A stretch of DNA of 33,183 nucleotides, from NCBI GenBank assembly GCA_026400415.1, contig JAPLPA010000089.1:1-33183 (forward strand). Direction: 5' to 3'. Within the stretch, counting starts at the first letter, position 1. Each line of letters opens with the position of its first letter. Below the pieces are notes generated by a model that saw nothing but the letters and a program-made list of their open reading frames with translations, searched no databases and was not told the DNA's origin. The stretch is from Afipia sp. Lineage in GTDB: Bacteria; Pseudomonadota; Alphaproteobacteria; Rhizobiales; Xanthobacteraceae. A program made the position numbers and the translations under genes. This document shows, piece after piece, positions 1 through 8,380 of this stretch.

Positions 1-354
1 AGCTCGAGCCCCGGCGCCATGAAGTTCGGATCGACGCCGACGATGCGCACGATCTCCTCGACGATGTCGGCCTTGCCCTCGATGTCGGGCCGCCACGATG
101 GCGCAGCGACCTTGACGCGGGTGTCCTGTCCGGCGACGAAAAAGCCGAGCTTGGTGAGCACGCGCCGCATCTCGATCAGGTTCAGGTCGAGGCCGGCGAG
201 CCGCTTCAATTCGCTGGTCGGGAAGTCGACGACCTTGTCGGGCGCTTCGGCCTTGCCGACGGTGACGATCTCCGACGGCGTGCCGCCGCAGAGCTCGATC
301 ACCATCTGCGTGGCAAGCTCGAGCCCCGGCGCCATGAAGTTCGGATCGACGCCG
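1..354. repeat. 39-bp exact direct repeat (1-39 = 316-354) inside pheT
   Basis: agctcgagccccggcgccatgaagttcggatcgacgccg occurs at 1-39 and 316-354, 315 bp apart (in frame). Confidence 0.9.
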
Positions 355-1416
355 CGCTCGAAGCGGTAGCGCGCGTCGGAGTTGATGCCGAGCTTGCGGC
401 CGGTCTGGGCGATGTTGATCGGCTCCCACAGCGCCGATTCGATCAGCACATCGGTGGTGCCTTCGTCGCAGCCCGACGCCTCGCCGCCCATGATGCCGGC
501 GAGCGATTCGACGCCGTTGTCGTCGGCGATCACGCACCTGGCGGTGTCGAGCGTGTACGTCTTGCCGTCGAGCGCGAGCAGCGTCTCGCCACTTTTTGCA
601 CGGCGCACGACCAGATTGCCTTTGACCTTCTTGGCGTCGAACACATGCAGCGGCCGCGCGCGGTCGAAGGTCATGAAGTTGGTGATATCGACCAGCGCGT
701 TGATCGGGCGCAGCCCGATGGAGGTGAGGCGCTTTTGCAGCCATTCGGGCGACGGGCCGTTCTTGACGCCGCGCACCAGACGCAGCGCGAATCCGGGGCA
801 GAGTTTTTCGTCTTCGATCTTCACATTCACGGGGCAAGGAAACTCGCCTTTGATCTGCTTGGATGTCGGAGGCGGCGAGATCGCGCGCGACGCCGTTGAC
901 GCCGGTGCAGTCCGGACGGTTCGGCGTCAGGTTGATCTCGATCACCGGATCACCGAGGCCCGCGTAATCGGCGTAGGGCTTACCGACCGGTGCGTCGGTG
1001 GGCAGCTCAATAATGCCGTCGTGATCGTTGGAGAGTTCAAGCTCGGCAGCCGAGCACAGCATGCCGTGCGACTCGACGCCGCGAATGTTGCCGACGCTCA
1101 ACGTGATGTTTTTGCCCGGAATATAAGTGCCAGCGGGAGAGAACACGCTGAGCATTCCGGCGCGCGCGTTCGGCGCACCGCACACGACCTGCAACGGCTT
1201 TCCGTCGCCTTGGTCTACCATGCACACGCGCAGGCGGTCCGCATTGGGATGCTGTTCGGCGGAAATGACTTTGGCGATCACGAACGGCGCGAGCGCCTTC
1301 GCCTTGTCGTCGATGCGCTCCACCTCAAGCCCGATCATGGTGAGCTTGTCGGCGAGTTTTTCCAACGGCTCGTCGGTGTCGAGATGGTCTTTCAGCCAGG
1401 AGAGGGTGAACTTCAC
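1..1416 (-). CDS. pheT: Phenylalanyl-tRNA synthetase beta subunit (5' part only; apparent frameshift at ~861; runs off window)
   Basis: Manual translation from GTG at 1416 (overlaps pheS TGA): [12 protein letters not shown]...[10 protein letters not shown]...VVCGAPN...[22 protein letters not shown]. After a frame change at 861 it continues [11 protein letters not shown]...[11 protein letters not shown]...GIMGG...[12 protein letters not shown]...[20 protein letters not shown]. Not in the ORF track because no stop lies in the window. Confidence 0.93.
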   Translation of the reverse strand, partial: MKFTLSWLKDHLDTDEPLEKLADKLTMIGLEVERIDDKAKALAPFVIAKVISAEQHPNADRLRVCMVDQGDGKPLQVVCGAPNARAGMLSVFSPAGTYIPGKNITLSVGNIRGVESHGMLCSAAELELSNDHDGIIELPTDAPVGKPYADYAGLGDPVIEINLTPNRPDCTGVNGVARDLAASDIQADQRRVSLPRECEDRRRKTLPRIRAASGARRQERPVARMAAKAPHLHRAAPDQRAGRYHQLHDLRPRAAAACVRRQEGQRQSGRAPCKKWRDAARARRQDVHARHRQVRDRRRQRRRIARRHHGRRGVGLRRRHHRCADRIGAVGADQHRPDRPQARHQLRRALPLRARRRSELHGAGARACHADGDRALRRHAVGDRHRRQGRSARQGRRLPDQRIEAARRPRPEPDRDAARAHQARLFRRRTGHPRQGRCAIVAARHRGQGRHRRGDRAHRRRRSELHGAGARA

Positions 1417-2495
1417 GTGCTCAACCCTCCACTGAGCGTCGGCACGTCGAGCGGCTTGAAGCCGTAGTGATTGATCCAGCGCACATCAGATTCGAACATC
1501 TGGCGCAGATCGTTGATTCCATATTTCAGCATAGCGACGCGATCGATGCCCATGCCCCACGCGAAGCCCTGATACACATCGGGATCGATGCCGCAGGCGC
1601 GCAGCACGTTCGGATGCACCATGCCGCAGCCGAGAATCTCCAGCCAGTCGTTGCCCTCTCCAAAGCGAATCTCGCCCTTGTCGCGGCGGCACTGGATGTC
1701 GACTTCGAGCGACGGCTCGGTGAACGGAAAGAACGACGGGCGGAATTTCATGTTGACGTTATCGACCTCAAAGAACGCCTTGCAGAATTCCGCGAGAATC
1801 CATTTCAGATGGCCGAGGTGCGAACCCTTGTCGATCACAAGGCCTTCGACCTGATGGAATTGCGGTGTGTGGGTCGCGTCAGAGTCGATGCGATAGGTTC
1901 GGCCCGGACAGATCACGCGGATCGGCGGCTTGTTGTTCAGCATCGTGCGCACCTGCACGGGCGAAGTGTGCGTGCGCAGCAGAAGCCGTTCGCCATCGGG
2001 CTTGCGGTTGAAGAAGAACGTGTCGTGCATTTCCCGCGCCGGATGGCCTTCGGGGAAATTCAGCTTGGTGAAATTATAATCGTCGGTCTCGATGTCCGGC
2101 CCTTCGGCGACGGAAAATCCCATGTCGGCGAAGATGGTGGTGATCTCGTCCCACACCTGCGTCAGCGGATGAATGCGGCCAAGCTCTGCGGGTGTCTCGC
2201 GCGTCGGCAGCGAGACGTCCATCGTCTCCAAAGCGAGGCGCGAATCGAGTGCTGCGTTTTTCAGAATGTCGCGGCGCGCCGTCAGCGCATCAGTGACTTT
2301 GTCTTTCGCGAGGTTGATCTTCGCGCCTTCGGTCTTTCGTTCGTCCGGCGACATCTTGCCGAGCGTCGCCAGCAGCGCGGAGATCGATCCCTTCTTGCCG
2401 AGCGCGCCGACGCGCACGGCTTCGAGTGCGGCTTCGTCGCTTGATGCGGCAATCGCAGAGAGAATTTCGGATTCGAGCTTATTGAGATCGGACAA
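1413..2495 (-). CDS. pheS: Phenylalanyl-tRNA synthetase alpha subunit
   Basis: [51 protein letters not shown] motifs; TTG start. Confidence 0.98.
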   Translation of the reverse strand: MSDLNKLESEILSAIAASSDEAALEAVRVGALGKKGSISALLATLGKMSPDERKTEGAKINLAKDKVTDALTARRDILKNAALDSRLALETMDVSLPTRETPAELGRIHPLTQVWDEITTIFADMGFSVAEGPDIETDDYNFTKLNFPEGHPAREMHDTFFFNRKPDGERLLLRTHTSPVQVRTMLNNKPPIRVICPGRTYRIDSDATHTPQFHQVEGLVIDKGSHLGHLKWILAEFCKAFFEVDNVNMKFRPSFFPFTEPSLEVDIQCRRDKGEIRFGEGNDWLEILGCGMVHPNVLRACGIDPDVYQGFAWGMGIDRVAMLKYGINDLRQMFESDVRWINHYGFKPLDVPTLSGGLST

Positions 2496-2501
2496 AGTCA
2501 G

Positions 2502-3002
2502 TCACTCCGGCATCACGAATAAATCGGTGTCGTACGGCTTGCCGCCGGCCTGCGTCAGCATCGCATGAACCTGACCGCGATGGTGGGTCTGGTGGTTGAA
2601 TAAATGCACCGTCACTTCCCATGCGGGCTTGGTCACGTCTTTCTGCATCGCGCCGGAGAACCAGCTCACATCACTCGCCAGCCATTCGTCCTTTAGGCCA
2701 TCCGCCCACGCGACGATGCGCTTGTCCATCGCTACGCGTTTCGCTTTCAGGTCGTCCCAATCGGGAAACAGCGCGATGGATTCCTGGATGCTGCCGGGAG
2801 GGCGTTCGAGTTGCTCGAACCGGCTCATCCATTGGCCGTCGCCCCACAGGATATGACTGAGCGTGCCGTGGATCGATTTGAAGAACGCACCGCGATCCGA
2901 CCGTCTCTCGGAATCCGAGAGACGATCCGCAGCACCGTAGAGACTTTCGTTCTGCCAGCGATTGTACCGCGCCATTCGCTGAGCGTAGGCGGGGTTCACC
3001 AT
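2502..3002 (-). CDS. DinB/YfiT family protein
   Basis: FFKSIHGTLSHILWGD and HLFNHQTHHRGQVHAML His-triad motifs. Confidence 0.9.
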   Translation of the reverse strand: MVNPAYAQRMARYNRWQNESLYGAADRLSDSERRSDRGAFFKSIHGTLSHILWGDGQWMSRFEQLERPPGSIQESIALFPDWDDLKAKRVAMDKRIVAWADGLKDEWLASDVSWFSGAMQKDVTKPAWEVTVHLFNHQTHHRGQVHAMLTQAGGKPYDTDLFVMPE

Positions 3003-3019
3003 GGCTCGCTCCGAAGGCG

Positions 3020-3379
3020 TTACGCCGCGAGTGCGGCTTTGGCCTTTTCGGCAATCGCCGCGAATGCCGCAGGCTCGTGAATCGCCAGATCCGACAGAAT
3101 TTTGCGGTCCGCAACGACGCCCGACTTGGCGAGGCCGCTGATGAAAACGCTGTAGGTCATGCCGAGCGGACGAACCGCCGCGTTGATGCGCTGAATCCAG
3201 AGCGCGCGGAACGTGCGCTTCTTCAGCTTGCGGGCGCGGAATGCATATTGACCGGCCTTATCGACTGCAGCCTTTGCGGCCCGGATGGTGTTCTTGCGGC
3301 GGCCACGGAAACCCTTGGCGGCCTTGTAGACTTTCTTGTGCTTGGCGTGAGAGGTCACACCGCGTTTGACGCGTGCCAT
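3020..3379 (-). CDS. rplT: 50S ribosomal protein bL20
   Basis: MARVKRGV...[11 protein letters not shown]...[10 protein letters not shown]; follows rpmI. Confidence 0.98.
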   Translation of the reverse strand: MARVKRGVTSHAKHKKVYKAAKGFRGRRKNTIRAAKAAVDKAGQYAFRARKLKKRTFRALWIQRINAAVRPLGMTYSVFISGLAKSGVVADRKILSDLAIHEPAAFAAIAEKAKAALAA

Positions 3380-3453
3380 GACGATAATCCTTCATCGAAA
3401 AGTTTGAACAGACAGCCGCGCATGCGCGGCCAATTGAAATCAGCGTGGATCGA

Positions 3454-3654
3454 TCAGGCGTTCGGCAAGAAATACTTCTTGATGTTGTCGCCGTCGGTCT
3501 TGAACAGCACTCGCGTGCCGCGCAACTGACGAATCTGCTTCTTGGTCCGCTTGATCATGCCGTGGCGTTTGCCTGCATGGGCGGACATCACCTTTCCGGT
3601 GCCGGTCACTTTGAAGCGCTTTTTGGCGCCCGACTTGGTCTTCAGCTTGGGCAT
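3454..3654 (-). CDS. rpmI: 50S ribosomal protein bL35
   Basis: [22 protein letters not shown]; GGAG RBS upstream. Confidence 0.98.
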   Translation of the reverse strand: MPKLKTKSGAKKRFKVTGTGKVMSAHAGKRHGMIKRTKKQIRQLRGTRVLFKTDGDNIKKYFLPNA

Positions 3655-3770
3655 TTGGCTCTCCTATTGCCGCAACACGAAAGCACCCCGAAAGGCGCTG
3701 TGGCGGCTAAAATGCTCGTTAGAGCGTTGAGATACTTGGCTTTTTCCCGAATGGAAAAAATTCGTATCAG

Positions 3771-3843
3771 TCATCGCCACGGCAGCCCTTGATAGCCGGG
3801 CGATGAAGGTGCGGCTTATTGCAGAGAACGGGAAAATTGGCAA
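3771..3843 (-). promoter_or_regulatory. Putative sigma70 promoter (TTGCCA-N17-AATAAG) and 5' leader hairpin of rpmI-rplT
   Basis: Minus strand TTGCCA at 3843-3838, 17-nt spacer, AATAAG. Hairpin tcatcgcc/ggcgatga with inner cggc/gccg at 3771-3806. Confidence 0.45.
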
Positions 3844-3933
3844 CGATTAAGGGGCTTTTTCGAACGCACCAAATCGCGGTTACGACCTATCTTTGCAGCC
3901 CTTTCCGTCCCTTCCATTTTGAAAGCACAGCCC

Positions 3934-4302
3934 ATGATGTCAGCCTGTTTGAAGACCTCGACACGATTTGCCGCCATCGCCGCCATACTCACATTTTCTG
4001 CCCCGGTTTTCGCAGCCGGGTTCGACGGGCCGTGGTCGGTGACGATCGTCACCCAGGCTGGAAATTGCGACGCCGCCTATGCGTTTCCCATGCAGGTGCA
4101 GGGCGGGCGAGTGATTGCGTCGGGCGGCACCGCGATGCAGGGCCGCGTCAGCGGCGGTGGCGCAGTGAATGTCTCGATCGCGCAGGGTGCCTCGAACGGC
4201 CGCGCCAGCGGGAGATTATCCGCCACGTCAGGCTCTGGCCGATGGAGCGGTGTACTGGCAGGCTCAAAATGCTCCGGCCGGTGGGAAGCCACCCGGCAGT
4301 AA
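3934..4302 (+). CDS. Secreted Gly-rich beta-strand hypothetical protein (paralogue 1)
   Basis: Signal peptide ending AxxFA, then FDGPWSVTIVTQAGNCD...KCSGRWEATRQ; strongly similar to the next gene. Start ATG 3934 or 3937. Confidence 0.85.
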   Translation: MMSACLKTSTRFAAIAAILTFSAPVFAAGFDGPWSVTIVTQAGNCDAAYAFPMQVQGGRVIASGGTAMQGRVSGGGAVNVSIAQGASNGRASGRLSATSGSGRWSGVLAGSKCSGRWEATRQ

Positions 4303-4436
4303 GTCGCTCAGGTCATTGGGCTTTTCAGCCGCGCATTGAGGCATGGAGCCTATGCCCAATTGTGCTGCAATGCGGTAGCAGTGTCGCCACAATTGATCTC
4401 TACCTCGCGGGTAACATTCATCGTGAGGGACACGAC

Positions 4437-4859
4437 ATGCCCAGCCGCGCCACCACAGCTACCTTTTCGGTCAGCTCAAGCGCCAAGATTTTGTTCGCCG
4501 CCACGCTCGCCGCGTTGAGCCTTGTTGCAGCCGTGGCACTCGCCAGCGCCGCCAAAGCCAGTGCGTCGTTCGACGGCGCGTGGAAAGTGACGATCGTCAC
4601 CCAGTCCGGCAATTGCGATCCGGCCTACAGCTATCCGGTGAAGGTCGAAGGCGGTCGCGTTGTCTACAACGGCGACAACAGTTTTGAAGTTTCAGGCAGC
4701 GTCGGCGATTCCGGCGCAGTTAACGTCACCATCGGCCGCGGCGATCAGCAGGCCAATGGCACCGGCAAGCTCGCCGGCAATGCAGGTTCGGGCCAGTGGA
4801 CCGGCAAGTCGTCGAGTACATCGTGCTCGGGCCGTTGGGAAGCAACCCGCAATTCGTAA
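4437..4859 (+). CDS. Secreted Gly-rich beta-strand hypothetical protein (paralogue 2)
   Basis: GAGGG RBS before ATG 4437; hydrophobic signal peptide ending AKA; FDGAWKVTIVTQSGNCD...SCSGRWEATRNS. The ORF-track start at 3819 overlaps paralogue 1 and is not used. Confidence 0.85.
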   Translation: MPSRATTATFSVSSSAKILFAATLAALSLVAAVALASAAKASASFDGAWKVTIVTQSGNCDPAYSYPVKVEGGRVVYNGDNSFEVSGSVGDSGAVNVTIGRGDQQANGTGKLAGNAGSGQWTGKSSSTSCSGRWEATRNS

Positions 4860-4904
4860 GTTGCGTAAGCGTAGCGTAGCGTTGGGTTGCGTCGAGTAGA
4901 ATAC

Positions 4905-4936
4905 AAATAGCGTCGCGTGCCCGCGGCGCTATTTTT
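4905..4936 (+). terminator. Intrinsic terminator, possibly bidirectional
   Basis: aaatagcgtcgcg-tgcc-cgcggcgctattt hairpin with T run, between convergent genes. Confidence 0.7.
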
Positions 4937-4945
4937 ATGCGCGGC

Positions 4946-5359
4946 TTAGGCGCCCTTGCGTGGCGAATAGCGCGACAAAATTGCCGCCAGCATCAGGCCG
5001 CCGATCAGCGCGATGTGTTCGATCGCGATATAGAACTCCAGCTTCGCCGCCTCGCCTCGCAGATTCCAGAAATCATGCGCGATCGGAATTGTCAGCAGCG
5101 TGAAGATCGCGAGCGCGCCTGCGCCCGACCATGCGCGTCGGTTGGCGACAATCAAAAGCGACCCGCCCAGTTCGGTGAAGATCACGAGGATGTTGATGAG
5201 CACGGGAGGCTTCAGCCCGTATTGCGCTATCTCGGCGACGCCGGCCTGAAAATCGATCAGTTTCGCCAGCCCGCTGCCCCAGAACGGAAAGGTGAGCAGG
5301 ACGCGCGCGATGAGCGGAAACCACGGCCAGTCGAGAATGCGGGCGATGAAGGTCGGCAT
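4946..5359 (-). CDS. DoxX family membrane protein
   Basis: RVLLTFPFWGSGLAKL, TELGGSLLI, AHDFW, EHIALIGGL; four hydrophobic segments. Confidence 0.9.
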   Translation of the reverse strand: MPTFIARILDWPWFPLIARVLLTFPFWGSGLAKLIDFQAGVAEIAQYGLKPPVLINILVIFTELGGSLLIVANRRAWSGAGALAIFTLLTIPIAHDFWNLRGEAAKLEFYIAIEHIALIGGLMLAAILSRYSPRKGA

Positions 5360-5379
5360 CTTGTCCTCATTGCGATACG

Positions 5380-5410
5380 AAAACAGCCCGTCGATAATCC
5401 CGACGGGCTG
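5380..5410 (-). terminator. Intrinsic terminator after infC
   Basis: 10-bp stem cagcccgtcg/cgacgggctg followed by TTTT on the minus strand. Confidence 0.7.
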
Positions 5411-5434
5411 CGATTTTCAGCCGGTTGAAGCGAA

Positions 5435-5974
5435 TTATTTCGGTGCCAGAACCATGACGACCTGACGGCCTTCGAAGCGCGCGTCCTGCTCAACCTTGGC
5501 GTACCCGGCAGTGTCCGTCTTGACCTTGTCGAGCAGCTTGGTGCCGATTTCCTGGTGCGCCATTTCGCGGCCACGATAACGAAGCGTGATCTTGACCTTG
5601 TCGCCTTCCTCGAAGAAGCGCTGCATCGCCTTCATCTTCACGTCATAGTCGTGATCGTCGATCATCGGCCGCAGCTTGATCTCCTTGATCTCGACGATCT
5701 TCTGCTTCTTGCGGGCTTCGGCAGCTTTCTTCTGCGCCGAATATTTGAACTTCCCGTAGTCCATGATCTTGCAGACGGGGGGAGTGGTGTTCGGCGAAAT
5801 CTCGACGAGGTCCATGCCGGCTTCCATCGCCATCTTGATGGCGACTGAAGTCTCGGTGACGCCGACATTGACGCCGGTCTGATCGATCAGCTGGATTTCG
5901 AGATTGCGGATTTCATCGTTGGTGCGCGGCCCATCCTTCGATGCGACGGGCGGGGCTCTGTTGGGACGGCGAAT
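5435..5974 (-). CDS. infC: Translation initiation factor IF-3 (ATT start)
   Basis: [51 protein letters not shown] at 5974-5972 lies 8 nt after GGAG. Confidence 0.96.
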   Translation of the reverse strand: MRRPNRAPPVASKDGPRTNDEIRNLEIQLIDQTGVNVGVTETSVAIKMAMEAGMDLVEISPNTTPPVCKIMDYGKFKYSAQKKAAEARKKQKIVEIKEIKLRPMIDDHDYDVKMKAMQRFFEEGDKVKITLRYRGREMAHQEIGTKLLDKVKTDTAGYAKVEQDARFEGRQVVMVLAPK

Positions 5975-6109
5975 GGGGACTTCTCCAATATTGTTAGCGA
6001 AGGCAACAGTTTGAAGGATTACGCATGTTGGGGCAAGCGCGGCAAGGTCACAGCTGCCACTTTCCGGCGGCAAGAGCTTGCGAAATCCGTCAAATGAGAG
6101 GGAATTCGA

Positions 6110-7384
6110 TTACGCGGCGGAACCGGATGCCGCGAGGTCCACATAGAGACCCAGCGTCCGCTCCGCAACCGCCTGCGCGTCATGATGCGACACAATCCAC
6201 TGCCGCCCACGAGCGCCGACGGCGCGACGGCCTTCCGCGCTCAAGCCGAGAAATTTTCCAAGCGCCGCCGCAAGTGCTGCCGTGTCATGCGAGGAAAACC
6301 GGATGCCGGTGATGCGGTCCTCTGCGATGGCAGGCGGCGTCAGCACGATGTCGGGTCCGGCGCTCAAATCCGACGCCACGACCGGAACGCCCATCGCCTG
6401 TGCGGCCAGAATGTTGCGCTGAATTCCCTCGGCCTGCGTCGAAGCAAACACAGCGACCGCAGATGCCGCGAACGCTGCCGGCAGATCGCCGGTCAATCCG
6501 GCAAGGCGGATGACATCGTTGGTATCGGTGGTCGCGATCAGATCCCACAGGTCGCCCGTATAGCTGGTGCGGCCTTGGTCCTCGCCGGTGAACACGATCA
6601 GGAAATCCTTCACGCCATTCGCTTTGAGGCGTTGGGCGGCCTGCACGATCAGATGATGACCCTTGCGCCGGACCATGCGGCCCGGTGCCAGTATGACGCG
6701 GGTGTCTTTCGAGACGCCCCAGGCGTGGCGGATTTTGCTCACGCGCTCGGCTGAGACAGTTGCCGGATTGAATTGCGTGACATCGAACGACGACGGCAGA
6801 ACCTGCATGCGCTCGAGCGGCGTCTGATACCGTTCGCGGATCAGATCGGCGATGTCCTCGGAGGCCGCGATCACGCGGTCGCCGCGCACCATCACGCCAT
6901 TATAGAAACGCTTGAAGATATTCTGCTCACGAAAGCCCTTGTACCAAGACGTCACGAAGGGACGGCGATTGACTCGGGCGGCGAAATAGGCGCTCCAGCC
7001 CGGTGCACGCCCCAGCGCGTGAACGATGTGGCATTTGCGCTGCCGGACCAGCTTCGCGAGCTTGCGCGCGCACATCATCATCACAAACGGATTTTTGCTT
7101 GCGACATTCATATCAATGAACTCGCCGCCATGCGCGATCACCTGGCCCACCAGCCGCCCGCCCTGGGAGACAACGATGGGACGATGGCCAGCTGTGTGCA
7201 GCAGTTTCACCAGATCGACAGCGCCGTGATCGGCGGCGCCAGACTCCAGCGTCGGCACCGCAATCAATATTGTGAGTTTGCCGGTAAGATTGCGATTGGC
7301 AGGCGACGGCGGATGCTCAGCCAAGTCATCGCCAGTCTCCGTAACGGGAGACTCGTGATGTCGCGCTGCTGTCAGGCTCGCCAT
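6110..7384 (-). CDS. Glycosyltransferase family 4 (GT-B fold)
   Basis: VPTLESGAAD, GHRPIVVSQGG, PGRMVRRKGH, AQAMGVPVVASD. Confidence 0.88.
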   Translation of the reverse strand: MASLTAARHHESPVTETGDDLAEHPPSPANRNLTGKLTILIAVPTLESGAADHGAVDLVKLLHTAGHRPIVVSQGGRLVGQVIAHGGEFIDMNVASKNPFVMMMCARKLAKLVRQRKCHIVHALGRAPGWSAYFAARVNRRPFVTSWYKGFREQNIFKRFYNGVMVRGDRVIAASEDIADLIRERYQTPLERMQVLPSSFDVTQFNPATVSAERVSKIRHAWGVSKDTRVILAPGRMVRRKGHHLIVQAAQRLKANGVKDFLIVFTGEDQGRTSYTGDLWDLIATTDTNDVIRLAGLTGDLPAAFAASAVAVFASTQAEGIQRNILAAQAMGVPVVASDLSAGPDIVLTPPAIAEDRITGIRFSSHDTAALAAALGKFLGLSAEGRRAVGARGRQWIVSHHDAQAVAERTLGLYVDLAASGSAA

Positions 7385-7568
7385 TCAGATCGTTTCCGGG
7401 AATAATCTCGAAACTGAAAGATGAATAAGGCTTTTGATGGATCGGCTGCAGGCGGGCAAAGAGCCGCAATGATTCGATCAGAGCGTTGACGTATCACGCC
7501 CGCCATATCAATAACAGCGGACGATACGGGTCGTGCAAAATAAATTCCAAAGCGCAAAACCTGAATTC

Positions 7569-8363
7569 ATGAATCATTCGACGAACATAGCGCCGGTAGC
7601 CATGCCGGCATTTATCGAGGTGGGTGACGGCACGTCCGCGCGGCGTATCGCGGTGCGGGCGCGAAAGGGCGAGCAGCCTGGATTGTTCTGGCTCGGCGGA
7701 TTCAAATCCGACATGGGCGGCACCAAGGCGGTCGCGCTCGATACGTGGGCAGCCGAGAATAACCGCGCCTGTGTGCGTTTCGATTATTCCGGCCACGGTG
7801 AATCAAGCGGCGATTTTGCGGACGGCACCATCGGCCAATGGCACGAGGAGTCTCTCGCTGTATTCGAGAAGTTCTGCGACGGACCGCAGATCGCCATCGG
7901 CTCCTCGATGGGCGGATGGATGGCGTTATTATTGGCGCGCGCGCTGGCAAAAAAGAAAAGCGCGAAGGCAACGCTCGCCGGACTCGTGCTGATCGCGCCC
8001 GCGCCGGATTTCACCGAAGAATTGATGTGGAAGAATTTTTCGCCGGAGATCAAGAAACAGATCGAGACGACCGGCGTGTGGCATCGCCCGTCGGACTACG
8101 GCGATCCCTATCCGATCACCCGCAATCTGATCGAGGAAGGCCGCAACCATCTGGTGCTTGGCGGCGCAATTGAAGTCGGATGTCCGGTGCGTATTCTTCA
8201 GGGCGCACAAGACCCCGATGTGCCGTGGCAGCACGCGTTTGCGCTGACGCATTGCCTGCCGAGCGACGACGTGGTGCTCACGATGATTCAGGACGGCGAT
8301 CATAGATTGTCGCGGCCGCAGGATATCGCGCGGCTGATGGCGGCGATTGCGGAATTTTCCTAG
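7569..8363 (+). CDS. Alpha/beta hydrolase (ABHD10-like)
   Basis: GGFKSDM..TKA, RFDYSGHGES, nucleophile elbow GSSMG, QDPDVP, GDHRLS. Start uncertain (7533/7569/7602). Confidence 0.93.
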   Translation: MNHSTNIAPVAMPAFIEVGDGTSARRIAVRARKGEQPGLFWLGGFKSDMGGTKAVALDTWAAENNRACVRFDYSGHGESSGDFADGTIGQWHEESLAVFEKFCDGPQIAIGSSMGGWMALLLARALAKKKSAKATLAGLVLIAPAPDFTEELMWKNFSPEIKKQIETTGVWHRPSDYGDPYPITRNLIEEGRNHLVLGGAIEVGCPVRILQGAQDPDVPWQHAFALTHCLPSDDVVLTMIQDGDHRLSRPQDIARLMAAIAEFS

Positions 8364-8380
8364 AAAAATTGGACCGAAAA

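Noticed and set aside
855-870. Programmed ribosomal frameshift in pheT
   Set aside because: No slippery sequence, and residues appear to be missing, which fits a deletion instead.
19-2568. Long plus-strand ORFs (19-369, 382-1467, 1467-2444, 2173-2568)
   Set aside because: Antisense shadows of pheT/pheS in GC-rich DNA with no motifs. The same applies to most overlapping ORFs in the track (for example 8797-9279, 22262-22990, 29801-30733).
3819-4436. 346-aa version of ORF 3819-4859
   Set aside because: The first 206 codons overlap paralogue 1 in another frame. The RBS, signal peptide and homology begin at 4437.
4854-4893. Short (g)cgta(a)g repeats after the stop of paralogue 2
   Set aside because: 5-6-bp degenerate units without spacers; not CRISPR, and too short to interpret.
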